DNA of 64,000 bases from Paracoccaceae bacterium. GTDB lineage: Bacteria > Pseudomonadota > Alphaproteobacteria > Rhodobacterales > Rhodobacteraceae. A program made the translations under genes and the position numbers. The stretch covers positions 782,214 through 846,213 of the forward strand of contig OZ241737.1 in NCBI GenBank assembly GCA_965200885.1, given 5' to 3'. This document shows, one piece after another, positions 20,893 to 30,218 of the stretch. Under the pieces are notes generated by a model, which saw nothing but the letters and a program-made list of their open reading frames with translations, searched no databases and was not told where the DNA came from. How positions within the stretch are numbered: position 1 is the first letter of the stretch; the number at the start of each line of letters is the position of its first letter.

Positions 20893-21243
20893 ATGTTCGA
20901 GATGGGGAATTGTTTCCTTGAGCTGGACATCCTGGATGTCAACCATGTAAAGGGTACGGGGATGTACGGGAACGGGGAATTTGTCCCCCGCGACCTCTAT
21001 GATTTGTGCACGGCTGCCGAAAAGGATCCCAGATCACTTCGGTTGGCCCTGGGGATCCTGACAGGCAGTGAACGGGAGGAAATTGCCGGGGAAATCAAAT
21101 CATTCGGGTTCCGTGCTTCCGGCCTGGGTCGTGAACTTGTTGCGGTCCACCGGCCGGAATGGTTGTCCGGTCTCGGTCGCCGGACGGCCGACCTGATATT
21201 GTCACCTCCCGAAGTAAGGCCCGACCCGGTTCAGGGTTCCTGA
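20893..21243 (+). CDS. hypothetical protein
   Basis: ORF only. Convergent with the phosphatase-like gene. Confidence 0.3.
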   Translation: MFEMGNCFLELDILDVNHVKGTGMYGNGEFVPRDLYDLCTAAEKDPRSLRLALGILTGSEREEIAGEIKSFGFRASGLGRELVAVHRPEWLSGLGRRTADLILSPPEVRPDPVQGS

Positions 21244-22214
21244 CCTGGCAATTCCTCGCCCTTGTGATAGGCAAGGGCCTGTTCCTCATTCCAGGGATTT
21301 TCGAAAATGTACTGCAGCCGTTCAAGCAGTTCCCCGGGGGTTGTGCCTTCCAGCAAGAGGCGATTCCGTTCATGGTAGGCCCGCTGGACATTCAGTGCCG
21401 CCGCATGGAGCCGGCCTCCAAAGCCCAGCATGGAATCGGCAATGCGGGCAATCTCCCAGTTGCTGTCAATTTTATCGATTCCTGCAATGATCAGGTGGAT
21501 GGCCGAAACCCTGGGATCGCCAGTCATCATGCTGTGGGCAGCCAGGGCGGTGGCTGCCGATCTGTATTGACCCGCCGCACACCGGATCAGGAAGGAAGGT
21601 GCCCTCGCCGCATGCCATTCATTGAGAAAATCGACCAAGGGCCGGACATTCTCTTCCGATGGGGCATTGTATTTCCTTTGTTCTTCCCGGTTGTCCCAAT
21701 CCTCAATCTCAAAAGTGCGGACCGTCAGGGGCTTCTCTCCCTGAAGTGCATGAACAGCTTCCAAATCATCGCCGTACAAATGCCAACCGACCAGGGTGAA
21801 GAAGCGGATTTCAGGATGGTCCTCGAGAATGTATTCCCATGATCCACCAGCTGCAACATAGATACCTGGCCTTGTCAGATCCCCATACAGTTTTTCATGG
21901 AAGGGAAGAAGGATCTTCTGGACCGCTTGCCGATCGGGCCTAATCCAATTACGATCATATCCCGGGACATGATGGCAGAATTTTGGAACAACCCCGACAT
22001 CCGTGGGGTTGATCCGGTCAAGAAGGGCTTCCACCTCATGGGCAGGCCAGGGTTCAATGTCGTCAAGGGAAATTTTATCTTGAGGCGGGGGGAAGCTGGC
22101 CCCTTCCAATCCGGGAACCATTTTTTGCAGCAAGGGTTTTCCTGCAGCCCAGGAGTGCAGCGAAGTGGCAAGGTTTCTGGTTTTCCGGAAAAGGTTCATG
22201 GAAGTTTCCTTCAT
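21231..22214 (-). CDS. CX5R (protein-tyrosine-phosphatase-loop) protein, paralog 1
   Basis: Start set at MKETSMNLF. The longer ORF would overlap the upstream paralog. P-loop-like IRCAAGQYRSAAT. The C-terminal half aligns by eye with 22291-23157. Confidence 0.55.
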   Translation of the reverse strand: MKETSMNLFRKTRNLATSLHSWAAGKPLLQKMVPGLEGASFPPPQDKISLDDIEPWPAHEVEALLDRINPTDVGVVPKFCHHVPGYDRNWIRPDRQAVQKILLPFHEKLYGDLTRPGIYVAAGGSWEYILEDHPEIRFFTLVGWHLYGDDLEAVHALQGEKPLTVRTFEIEDWDNREEQRKYNAPSEENVRPLVDFLNEWHAARAPSFLIRCAAGQYRSAATALAAHSMMTGDPRVSAIHLIIAGIDKIDSNWEIARIADSMLGFGGRLHAAALNVQRAYHERNRLLLEGTTPGELLERLQYIFENPWNEEQALAYHKGEELPGQEP

Positions 22215-22290
22215 TGATAGCGGTTGTGGATGCTTGGGTCTGGATCCAAAACTGGAGTGTAATACAACCAACACTTGAAAATCTTCATAT

Positions 22291-23157
22291 TCAGCAACTT
22301 TTCGAAAACTGGCCGTGTCTTTTATTGTATTCAAGAGCCTGTTCCTCATCCCATGGATTGGCAAAAATCTCCTGCAAGTGATCCAGCAATTCCCCAGGAG
22401 TCGCATCTTCTCCCAGCAGCCTGTTGCGCTCGATCGTGGCCCGCTGGACATTCAGGGCCGCCGCATGGAGCCGGCCTCCAAAGCCCAGCATGGGATCGGC
22501 AATGCGGGCAATCTCCCAATTGCTATCCAGGTGGGAATGCCCGGAAATACCGGACATGACCATGCGGATGGCCGACACCGTGGGATCGCCGTTTATCATG
22601 CCGTGAGCCGCCAACGCCGTCACCGGTGAACGAAACAGTCCGGCGGAACAGCAGGTCATAAGGGACGGAAAACCGGCCGCTTGCCATTCCTTGAGAAAAC
22701 CGACCAGGGGGCGGACATTCTCCTCCGAGGGCAGGTCATCGTAAATAATGTAAGAGGATTTTGCGGGAGCCCGGGAATCACGGTCCCGAATCGAAAAGCT
22801 GCGAACCGTCAGGGAATCGTCGGCCCCTATTTGTCGGACAAACGCGCAAATCTCGTTGTCCATCTGATCATAGACATTGGCCAGAAAGCGGATTTCGGGA
22901 TGATCCACGAGGATCCGTTGCCAGCTTCCCCAACCACCAATATAGATACCGCCCCGGGTGCGGTCATGATAGGTTCTTGCCTGAAAGGCCGCCAGTTCCT
23001 TTGGTGCCCCTTTCAGCTTACGGGCCCCGGACCGGATTTCTCTGGGCCCGTGATGACAGATCTTAGGAATGGTGCCGGCATTGCTGCCGCTGAGCCGGTC
23101 AAGCATGGTGTCCAGGGAATCCCAGGGGATTTTCCTTGTCATGGAAATTATCTTCAT
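22291..23157 (-). CDS. CX5R (protein-tyrosine-phosphatase-loop) protein, paralog 2
   Basis: TCCSAGLFRSPVT. Shares the DSNWEIARIAD.MLGFGGRLHAAALNVQRA block with paralog 1. Confidence 0.55.
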   Translation of the reverse strand: MKIISMTRKIPWDSLDTMLDRLSGSNAGTIPKICHHGPREIRSGARKLKGAPKELAAFQARTYHDRTRGGIYIGGWGSWQRILVDHPEIRFLANVYDQMDNEICAFVRQIGADDSLTVRSFSIRDRDSRAPAKSSYIIYDDLPSEENVRPLVGFLKEWQAAGFPSLMTCCSAGLFRSPVTALAAHGMINGDPTVSAIRMVMSGISGHSHLDSNWEIARIADPMLGFGGRLHAAALNVQRATIERNRLLGEDATPGELLDHLQEIFANPWDEEQALEYNKRHGQFSKSC

Positions 23158-23545
23158 TGACTATGGTTGCATTTCCAAACGCCGGAATTCTATTGGCAGG
23201 TCTGTCCTGTACGAGTCAGCAGTCATTATGGTTAATTGGCTATGGCGCACTGGATATTTATTAATCAGAGGAATCCTGCAACATTCCGTGGGGATTATTC
23301 TAGAGCTTAAATCGGCAAATGGCTTCGGGCAATATATCAAGAGATAGCTGACAAAGCCATCGAAAAATTGAACCGGTATATGAAATAGCTTCTTTCACGG
23401 AACAGTTCAAATTATAACCTGAAAATTATTTTGCTAGGGTTCATTTCTGATTCAAATGATTATGCCATTTTTCCTGTGACTGGATACAGGATTGGATGAC
23501 AATTTCTAATTACAGGAAATTTATCCATGTGCAAACCATAAATTT

Positions 23546-23736
23546 GGGGATTATATACTTGAGTGACCAAACTGCAAAAATGTCAATTCCTGGAGGTGTT
23601 CAGATACCTCGAAGCGATTCCATTGCACTCTACGGGCTTCTCCGTGAGAGGTATTTTCAGGAATTTGCCAAAAATCAATAAATTTGCACCAAATCGGCTA
23701 GCCTGTGGTAAATGGGTATTCAAATATATAATTCCC
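23546..23736. mobile_element. TIR element C (191 bp)
   Basis: Ends GGGGATTATATACTTGA and TCAAATATATAATTCCC (15 of 17). AAATTT is directly adjacent on both sides. The interior is homologous to element F. Confidence 0.65.
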
Positions 23737-23747
23737 AAATTTAACAG

Positions 23748-23897
23748 AATTGCAACAATTTCTACGCGAGCTGCGAGCGGGTCTTCCGGCCTGACTGGAA
23801 GGATCGTCCGATCGCCGTGCTGTCGAACAATGACGGCTGCATCGTGGCGCAATCCCGGGAAGTTATGGAAAGCCTGAAAAGGTTGATCATGACCTAA
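23748..23897 (+). pseudogene. 5' fragment of a umuC-type Y-family polymerase gene
   Basis: Translates NCNNFYASCERVFRPDWKDRPIAVLSNNDGCIVAQSRE, the conserved UmuC N-terminus. There is no start codon. Similarity is lost after about 40 codons and a stop follows. Confidence 0.55.
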
Positions 23898-24124
23898 ATC
23901 CTAAGGAAACATGGGAACGAAAATATCACTGCAAAACGGAGGAATACAAGTGCGAACGTGAATGGAGATTACAAATAATGTTTTTACATTCCTTTAGAAT
24001 ACTAAATGCCGATTTGAAGTTCGGTTGGATGCAGGCAGGAAAATATTTTAAGATATCACCGTTTAAAGAAAATATTTTGTGACTTTCATTTGGTACTTTG
24101 GTATTATTCCCTAAAATTTGTGAG

Positions 24125-24742
24125 TTACTTGCCATCCTTTCCTTTCAGGACCTTGAGTCCGTTTGGTCGTAATTCACCCGTTTCCGATACATAATTGTAA
24201 AGCGTTGGAATCGAAATCCCCAATTCCCTGGCCAGTTCACTGGGCTTGGCATCACGGTCCTTCATGGCTTCTGCCAGCCCCAATACCTGGGTTGGCGTGA
24301 GTGATCTTGGACGTCCGCCCTTGCGGCCACGTGCCCGCGCGGCAGCAAGCCCTGCCCTGGTGCGTTCGGAAATGAGGGATCTTTCGTATTCAGCCAAGAC
24401 AGCAAAGAGATGGAACATCATCCGTCCCTCTGAGGTATTGGTATCCAGATTGCTGCCTTGCCCTTCCATAATCCGGAGGCCAACATCCCTTCTGGTCAAG
24501 TCTTCCACGATTCCAACGAGATGCTGAAGGCTGCGACCCAGGCGATCCAGCCGCCAGACGATCAGGGTATCACCCTGTCTCAGGACCTTGTTGCAATCAC
24601 TCCACCCCGGTAGATCCCTCCGGGTACCTGATCCGGTATCCGAATATATCCAGTCCGGAGCAACACCCGCCCTGATCAGGGCATCCATCTGCAGGTCGGT
24701 TGTCTGCTCGTGGGTCGAGACCCGCATGTATCCAATCAGCAT
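24125..24742 (-). CDS. serine recombinase (resolvase/invertase family)
   Basis: N-terminal catalytic motif LIGYMRVSTHEQ, VWRLDRLGRS, FAVLAEYERSLISERT, and a C-terminal HTH. Confidence 0.85.
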   Translation of the reverse strand: MLIGYMRVSTHEQTTDLQMDALIRAGVAPDWIYSDTGSGTRRDLPGWSDCNKVLRQGDTLIVWRLDRLGRSLQHLVGIVEDLTRRDVGLRIMEGQGSNLDTNTSEGRMMFHLFAVLAEYERSLISERTRAGLAAARARGRKGGRPRSLTPTQVLGLAEAMKDRDAKPSELARELGISIPTLYNYVSETGELRPNGLKVLKGKDGK

Positions 24743-24935
24743 TGTTTTCTCACCTTGGTTTGTTCCATGAAATCACCCCTCTTCATGGCCGATTACATTC
24801 GGGGGCTACCGGGTTTGATTTGGTGTGGGTGATGATCGACATCCGCTTGTTTTGGGAATAAACTGATTGAGTAGGGTTTTCCTCTAATCAAACAATGCCA
24901 GGTCAGCCATTTTCATTTGGGCGATCCCTTTCCTC

Positions 24936-26567
24936 TCATCCGGATTTTACATCCCCATTCTCCAATTCTTTCACTTTTTCCAGAGCAGCCACCTTTTTGA
25001 CTTCGGAAATTGTCATGCAACGTGCAATCCCCAGGGTTGTGGGGCTGGGAGGCAGGGGTGGTGGTAGCCTGCTCCGTTGCCTTTCCCTGATTTCACCCAA
25101 TTGAACTTCCCCCTTGGCCAGATCTTCCTGGAGCTGGCGTTTCCTCCGGAAGGAAAGTATCCCGGTTTTGTCGAGTTCATCCCTTTTCCTTTTTATATCC
25201 TGTTCAGTTGATTGGAGCTCCTTGTCCAGAAAGGAACCCTGCTCACGCCATTCACTGAGGGATTTTCTGTGCATCCGGCAGTGGTTGCGTGCTTGCCGGA
25301 TCATGTCATCCGTAGGTGGGGCCAGGGTGAATCCCCCAGTTTCGATAAGATAGGAACGGAAAGAGGGTATGGCAAAGGATATGGTATGGTCCTTTTTTTC
25401 AAGAAATACACCCCGATGAATCAGGTGGTCGGCAAAGGAACGTGCATCCATTTCAGCTGGCAATTGCCACTCGACACCACTTTTCGAACCGGCGTGCTTT
25501 GAAATGCAGTTGATTACATCCGACCTTCTGATGGTTTGATCTAGATCACCGAGAACCATTCCAACCAAGGAGAAGGCTTCTTCCATCGCTTTTGACTGTT
25601 GCCCCTGGTAGTAGCGGATTCGGCTTTTCCCTGCTTCCTTCTTGACAACTTCCCAAGAGACCTTGGAAAGATCACCACCAGACTTCAAGGCTTCCCGTCC
25701 CAATGTCTGCAGGGCAAAATGGAGGTGCCGTGGCCATCCCTCACACGGGGCAGCCAGTTCCATAATCCTTTCTTCATGACCAAGGGGGTCCATCCCGAAT
25801 CTGCGGCAACAGGACAGCATGAATTCACCGGCCTCTTCGGGGGTCAGCGATCCGATTTCATGGACTTTCTTGCCGCGGGTCAGGTTCATTTGACTTGCCC
25901 GGGCAGCGGTATCACCGAGTCCTGCCAAAACCAGCAACAATGGAAGATTCGTATCGCTGTTGTGGATGGATCTAAGAAAACCCGCATGGGGTGTCTCCAT
26001 CCCCCCACTGAATGTCTGGGCCTCGTCTATGGCCAGAATGACCGGGGCCTTCCATTTTGATGGAGGAAACAAACTTGCCAGGTCCCAGATATGCCGGGGT
26101 TTTTCCTGATTGTTCAAATCCCAGCCCAGTTCCGGTGTTATAGAATCCGGCCTGATTGCAACACCAAACTTGAGTTTTGACAAGAGCTTGCGCCAAACCG
26201 GTGAACTCAATCCGGCTGCCCCGGCCAGTATGGTAAGCACGCTTGGAAGGTCATCAGCAACCATCTCGGGTGAAACTTTCACAATACGTGGCGGGGGAAC
26301 AGAAGGAGTGTCCGCCTCAGCCACCATTTTTTCCTGCAACCGATTGGTCAGTTCGATGATTATTGAGCTTTTACCTGCCCCCGGTGCTCCCTGGACGACA
26401 CGTGTTTCCCCGGGATTGCCATGAGCCAGAGCTTCCCATCCCTTCCATGATCGCCTTGAGGTTGCCTCTATATCCTGGAGTATTTCCTTCCGGCCAACAA
26501 ATACCGGCGGGGGAGATTTGTCACCACTGGCAACGAACTCCTGCAGTCCTTCCCGATCAAATTCCAA
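24936..26567 (-). CDS. ORC/Cdc6-like AAA+ ATPase with a C-terminal coiled-coil/proline-rich tail
   Basis: FVGRKEIL lead-in, Walker A GAPGAGKSS, Walker B ILAIDEAQTF. The C-terminal 120 aa are rich in charged heptad-like sequence and are followed by PPPLPPSP. Confidence 0.6.
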   Translation of the reverse strand: MEFDREGLQEFVASGDKSPPPVFVGRKEILQDIEATSRRSWKGWEALAHGNPGETRVVQGAPGAGKSSIIIELTNRLQEKMVAEADTPSVPPPRIVKVSPEMVADDLPSVLTILAGAAGLSSPVWRKLLSKLKFGVAIRPDSITPELGWDLNNQEKPRHIWDLASLFPPSKWKAPVILAIDEAQTFSGGMETPHAGFLRSIHNSDTNLPLLLVLAGLGDTAARASQMNLTRGKKVHEIGSLTPEEAGEFMLSCCRRFGMDPLGHEERIMELAAPCEGWPRHLHFALQTLGREALKSGGDLSKVSWEVVKKEAGKSRIRYYQGQQSKAMEEAFSLVGMVLGDLDQTIRRSDVINCISKHAGSKSGVEWQLPAEMDARSFADHLIHRGVFLEKKDHTISFAIPSFRSYLIETGGFTLAPPTDDMIRQARNHCRMHRKSLSEWREQGSFLDKELQSTEQDIKRKRDELDKTGILSFRRKRQLQEDLAKGEVQLGEIRERQRSRLPPPLPPSPTTLGIARCMTISEVKKVAALEKVKELENGDVKSG

Positions 26568-27253
26568 TGAAATACACCTTCATTCACAATTACCAATGAA
26601 TACCGAACAATCCGGTCTCCCGTCATAATAACAAATGACTTACATTGGTCAATATTTAAGCCAAATCAGGCCAAATGCAAAAAATTCCCGAGCATATACA
26701 ATTAAACCGTGGATAAAACATCTCCACTGATCACAAAATCATATCCCTTTAATATATAATGCGTGCCCCGTTAAACAAACGGCCGTTTTTTTAACAATCG
26801 CCGGAATCATCCCGGTGGTATCCGAAAACATGTAAAAACCCGTTTAATTAACAAAATACAATAAACTACCCTTGATTTATCTTTCTATATGGCATTCTGC
26901 CGTTTTTCAATATAGTTTCCGGATATTTTCCTTCATGCGTTTGGAGAGTGGTGGAAACTGGTAGTCGAACCAGCTGCCCATGTCCTTCATGCAGTCGAAA
27001 TGGAACAATCCGTTCCTTTTTCGTGTATTACTCCAAACCTGTGATTAGTTCCGAGTAGGCCCGATCCAACAATGGTTTGATCATGAGGTATCGAGATGGT
27101 CCCATTATCTGAAGGTCAATTTTCTCATCTACACCCAAATCCAACCCTCTTTTTTCATAATACTCCCTTAGAGACTGAATCATAATTCTCAAAAAAATAA
27201 AAATGATGCTGCTTGACCTGAAGTTCAGAACTGAATTGGGATCAAAAATGGTT

Positions 27254-28169
27254 TTGTCTGAAAATGTATTGAATTTGCTACATTGTTCGACTTATGGAAC
27301 AGGTTCTTAGAGCTTGTTCCATAAGTCTGGAAAGTTGAAAGCGGACCTTTTGGGGGTTATCTACGATCCTCGATTTTATCCCTGAATATGGAGGAAAACC
27401 ATGAACTGTAGCAAGGTCGCCTGGAAAAATACAGGCGAATAAACAATCACATGCAATACAACCTGATTGATGGCGAATGGGAGCTGATTGAGCCCTTGCT
27501 GCCGAAGCAGGGGCATATGGGAAGGCCCCATAAGACCAATTTGCGTCGGCTTGTCGATGCCATGCAATACCTTCTTGGCACCGGATGCCAGTGGCGTGTC
27601 CTGCCCGATACCCATCCCCCGTTTTCCACTGTCTGGAACTATTTTCATGCCTGATCGAAGTCGGGTGTGCTGACCCGCATGTTGCAGCGCTTACAGGAAG
27701 ATAAAGGGGAGGAAGTGTCATGTTATGACGGATGTTGAAGGTTTCCCGTTAGAGATTGTAGTCCATCCTGCTCCGGCCCAGTACCGAGATGGTGCTCCCG
27801 GGTTTGTTCAAGGGGTTCTTGCCAAGGCTCCGGGGATCACCAGGATCTGGGCTGACAGCGGATATGCTAGCCCCAGATTGGCAAAGGCCCTGCAGGATCT
27901 GGATATCAGTGCCGATATTGAAATCGTCCTGAAAGTGAAGGAAAGCAAGGGTTTCGAAGCCCTTCCCCGGTGAGGGGTTGTGGAACGAACCTTTTCGTGG
28001 ACGGGAAGATGTCGTCGCCTGTCCAGGGATTATGAAAGAACCTTGGCAAGTGCACAAGGGGGGGACGCTGGCGGCTTGCCGGTTTCTGATGCGTCAGATT
28101 GCCTGTGTAATAGAGGAAAAAGGAATGGAATCAGCACAATCGCGACTTATGATTCAAACTCTTAGACAA
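27254..28169 (+). mobile_element. IS5-family (IS427-group-like) element with a degenerate transposase
   Basis: OrfA-like MQYNLIDGEWELIEPLLP..TGCQWRVLP. DDE part ..IWADSGYASPRLAKAL.. then an in-frame TGA before VVERTFSWTGRCRRLSRDYE. The middle of the DDE domain is missing. Tentative ends are TTGTCTGAAAAT (27254) and the reverse-complement-like TTAGACAA (28162-28169). Confidence 0.6.
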
Positions 28170-29469
28170 TTACCTCCACTGGAACCTGAGTGCCAACTTC
28201 GAAAATCTTCCGGTAATGTTCTATCAAATTCTCTGGCCCCATGGCCTTTCTCGGGTTATCAGAGAGTTTGACGGTGGGACGGTTGTTGGCGCTTGCAGCC
28301 TTGCAAACCAAAGAGATGGGTGCAAGCCCATCATCCGGTGCAAAACCTCGAAAGTCATTGGTTAACAGGGTGCCCCAGCCAAAACTCAATCTTACACGCC
28401 CCGAAAACTGATTATGAAGTTCCTCAATGGTGCTTACATCCAGCCCATCGGAAAAGATCAACAGTTTCTGGCCGATATCCTCCCCCCTTTGCTTCCACCA
28501 GTCAAGGGCAATTTCCCCCATTTCCCCCGGCATTCCCGAATCAATCCTGATACCTGTCCATTTTGCAAGCCAACATGGGGCATTCCTCAGTAGCTGTTCC
28601 GTACCATAGGTATCGGCTAGAATTATCCTTAGATTTCCATCATATTCCTTCTGCCAATCTCGCAAAAGCTGATAGGGTGCATCTGCCAATTCCTTATCAT
28701 TATCGGCTAGGGCGCAATATACCATTGGAAGTTCATGGGCACTTGTACCTATGGCTTCAACTTCCCTTCTCATGGCAATGAGGCAGTTTGATGTTCCTAT
28801 AAACTTATGCCCCAAACCTTCACTCAAGGCCTGAACACACCAATCCTGCCAAAGGTAGGAGTGTCTTCTTCGAGTTCCGAAATCAGCCAAGCGAAGATCT
28901 TGCAGATTGCCGAGACGCAGGGTGTTTTCCCAAACGCGAGTCATGGCCCGAGCGTAAAGAACCTGAAGTTCAAATCGCCCCAGTTTCTTGAGAATGGAGC
29001 GGGAACGAAGTTCGGTCAGTACAGCCAAAGCCGGAATTTCCCACATCATCACCTCTGGCCAAAGACCTTCAAAGGACAGTTCAAATTGGCTATCCCTGAT
29101 TTCAAGGTGATATGGTGGCAGTTGGAGATTCTCGAACCAATCAATAAATTCCGGTCGGAACATCTGCCTTTTGCCGTAAAATACATTCCCCCTTAGCCAA
29201 GTAGATTCCCCCCTGGAAAGCCTGAGTGTTCTGATATGATCAAGCTGTTCTTCCAATTCCCTTTGGTCGATCAGGTCTGCCAAGGGAACATCTCCCGTTC
29301 TGTTAATCAAATTGAACACAACCCTGACCCTGGGATGATTATCCAGGATAAACTGGCACATGAGCAGCTTATAAAAATCGGTGTCAATCAAGGATCTGAC
29401 GATGGGGTCTATTTTCCAATTATGATTATAGACCCTGGTAGCTATGTCAATGTTGGGAGTAAACATCAT
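28162..29469 (-). CDS. pncB: nicotinate phosphoribosyltransferase
   Basis: 435 aa with the typical PncB pattern (..LADFGTRRRHS.., ..GTSN..). Adjacent to pncA. Confidence 0.8.
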   Translation of the reverse strand: MMFTPNIDIATRVYNHNWKIDPIVRSLIDTDFYKLLMCQFILDNHPRVRVVFNLINRTGDVPLADLIDQRELEEQLDHIRTLRLSRGESTWLRGNVFYGKRQMFRPEFIDWFENLQLPPYHLEIRDSQFELSFEGLWPEVMMWEIPALAVLTELRSRSILKKLGRFELQVLYARAMTRVWENTLRLGNLQDLRLADFGTRRRHSYLWQDWCVQALSEGLGHKFIGTSNCLIAMRREVEAIGTSAHELPMVYCALADNDKELADAPYQLLRDWQKEYDGNLRIILADTYGTEQLLRNAPCWLAKWTGIRIDSGMPGEMGEIALDWWKQRGEDIGQKLLIFSDGLDVSTIEELHNQFSGRVRLSFGWGTLLTNDFRGFAPDDGLAPISLVCKAASANNRPTVKLSDNPRKAMGPENLIEHYRKIFEVGTQVPVEVIV

Positions 29470-29478
29470 GAAAAGTGA

Positions 29479-30141
29479 TTATGACAGTAATTCAGCAATG
29501 GTGGAGAGAACAATACCATTTGATCGCATATCATTCAAAGCATTATCCAAAGAGCCATCCAGGTCAATCGCACGAGAGGCATCCATCAAAACGGTTACCT
29601 GATATCCCAGTTTCCTGGCATCGATGGCCGAGTAGTAAACACAGAAATCCGTGGCCAGACCGGCACAAACAACTTTTGCCATGTTTCTGTTCTTTAAATA
29701 TCCATCTAAACCGGTTGTGGTTTTCCGATCATTTTCGAAAAATGCCGAATAGCTGTCGATTTCCTTGCGAAAGCCCTTTCTGATGATAAGGTCAGCGTGC
29801 TCTGTTTGGAGATCCTTGTGAAATTCGGCACCCTTCGTTCCCTGTACACAATGATCCGGCCACAATATCTGGTCCCCGTAAGACAATGGTATTAGGTCAT
29901 AAACAGACTTGTCTTTGTGGTTCGATGCAAATGAAGCATGTACACCGGGATGCCAGTCCTGCGTGAAAACCTTGGCAGGAAATTGTGACAACAACTGATT
30001 TATGGGTTCAATGACTTGATCCCCATCGGGTACTGCCAAGGTTCCACCAGGACAGAAATCATTCTGAACATCAATGACCAAAAAAACGGTATCTTTACGG
30101 GTTCCCATTATTTCATCCCTTTCCTGAAGAGCATTACGCAC
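29479..30141 (-). CDS. pncA: nicotinamidase/pyrazinamidase (isochorismatase family)
   Basis: VIDVQNDFCPGG, QDWHP, catalytic Cys context GLATDFCV. Confidence 0.8.
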   Translation of the reverse strand: MRNALQERDEIMGTRKDTVFLVIDVQNDFCPGGTLAVPDGDQVIEPINQLLSQFPAKVFTQDWHPGVHASFASNHKDKSVYDLIPLSYGDQILWPDHCVQGTKGAEFHKDLQTEHADLIIRKGFRKEIDSYSAFFENDRKTTTGLDGYLKNRNMAKVVCAGLATDFCVYYSAIDARKLGYQVTVLMDASRAIDLDGSLDNALNDMRSNGIVLSTIAELLS

Positions 30142-30218
30142 CCTTTATAGCAATTCGACGGTCACTTCTTCAAGAAAAAGGCTCAAAATTAGGAGGTTTC
30201 ACTTTATCCAATTTCCCT

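Noticed and set aside
22215-22451. N-terminal 79-aa extension of the 406-aa ORF 21231-22451
   Set aside because: It overlaps the 3' end of the upstream paralog by 160 nt. The paralog alignment starts at the internal MKETSMNLF, so the start was moved to 22214.
26690-26775. CATATACAATT and TTTAATATATAATGCGTGCCCC motifs upstream of the AAA+ ATPase
   Set aside because: They contain ATATA cores, but their orientation and spacing do not form a TIR pair. The GG..ATTATATACTTG consensus is not met.
26940-27183. Short minus-strand ORF (MIQSLREYYEKRGLDLG.., 51 aa) plus a following out-of-frame piece in the AT-rich spacer
   Set aside because: It is below the length cutoff, has no recognisable family, and changes frame after 51 codons. 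It may be a gene remnant, but I cannot support a call.
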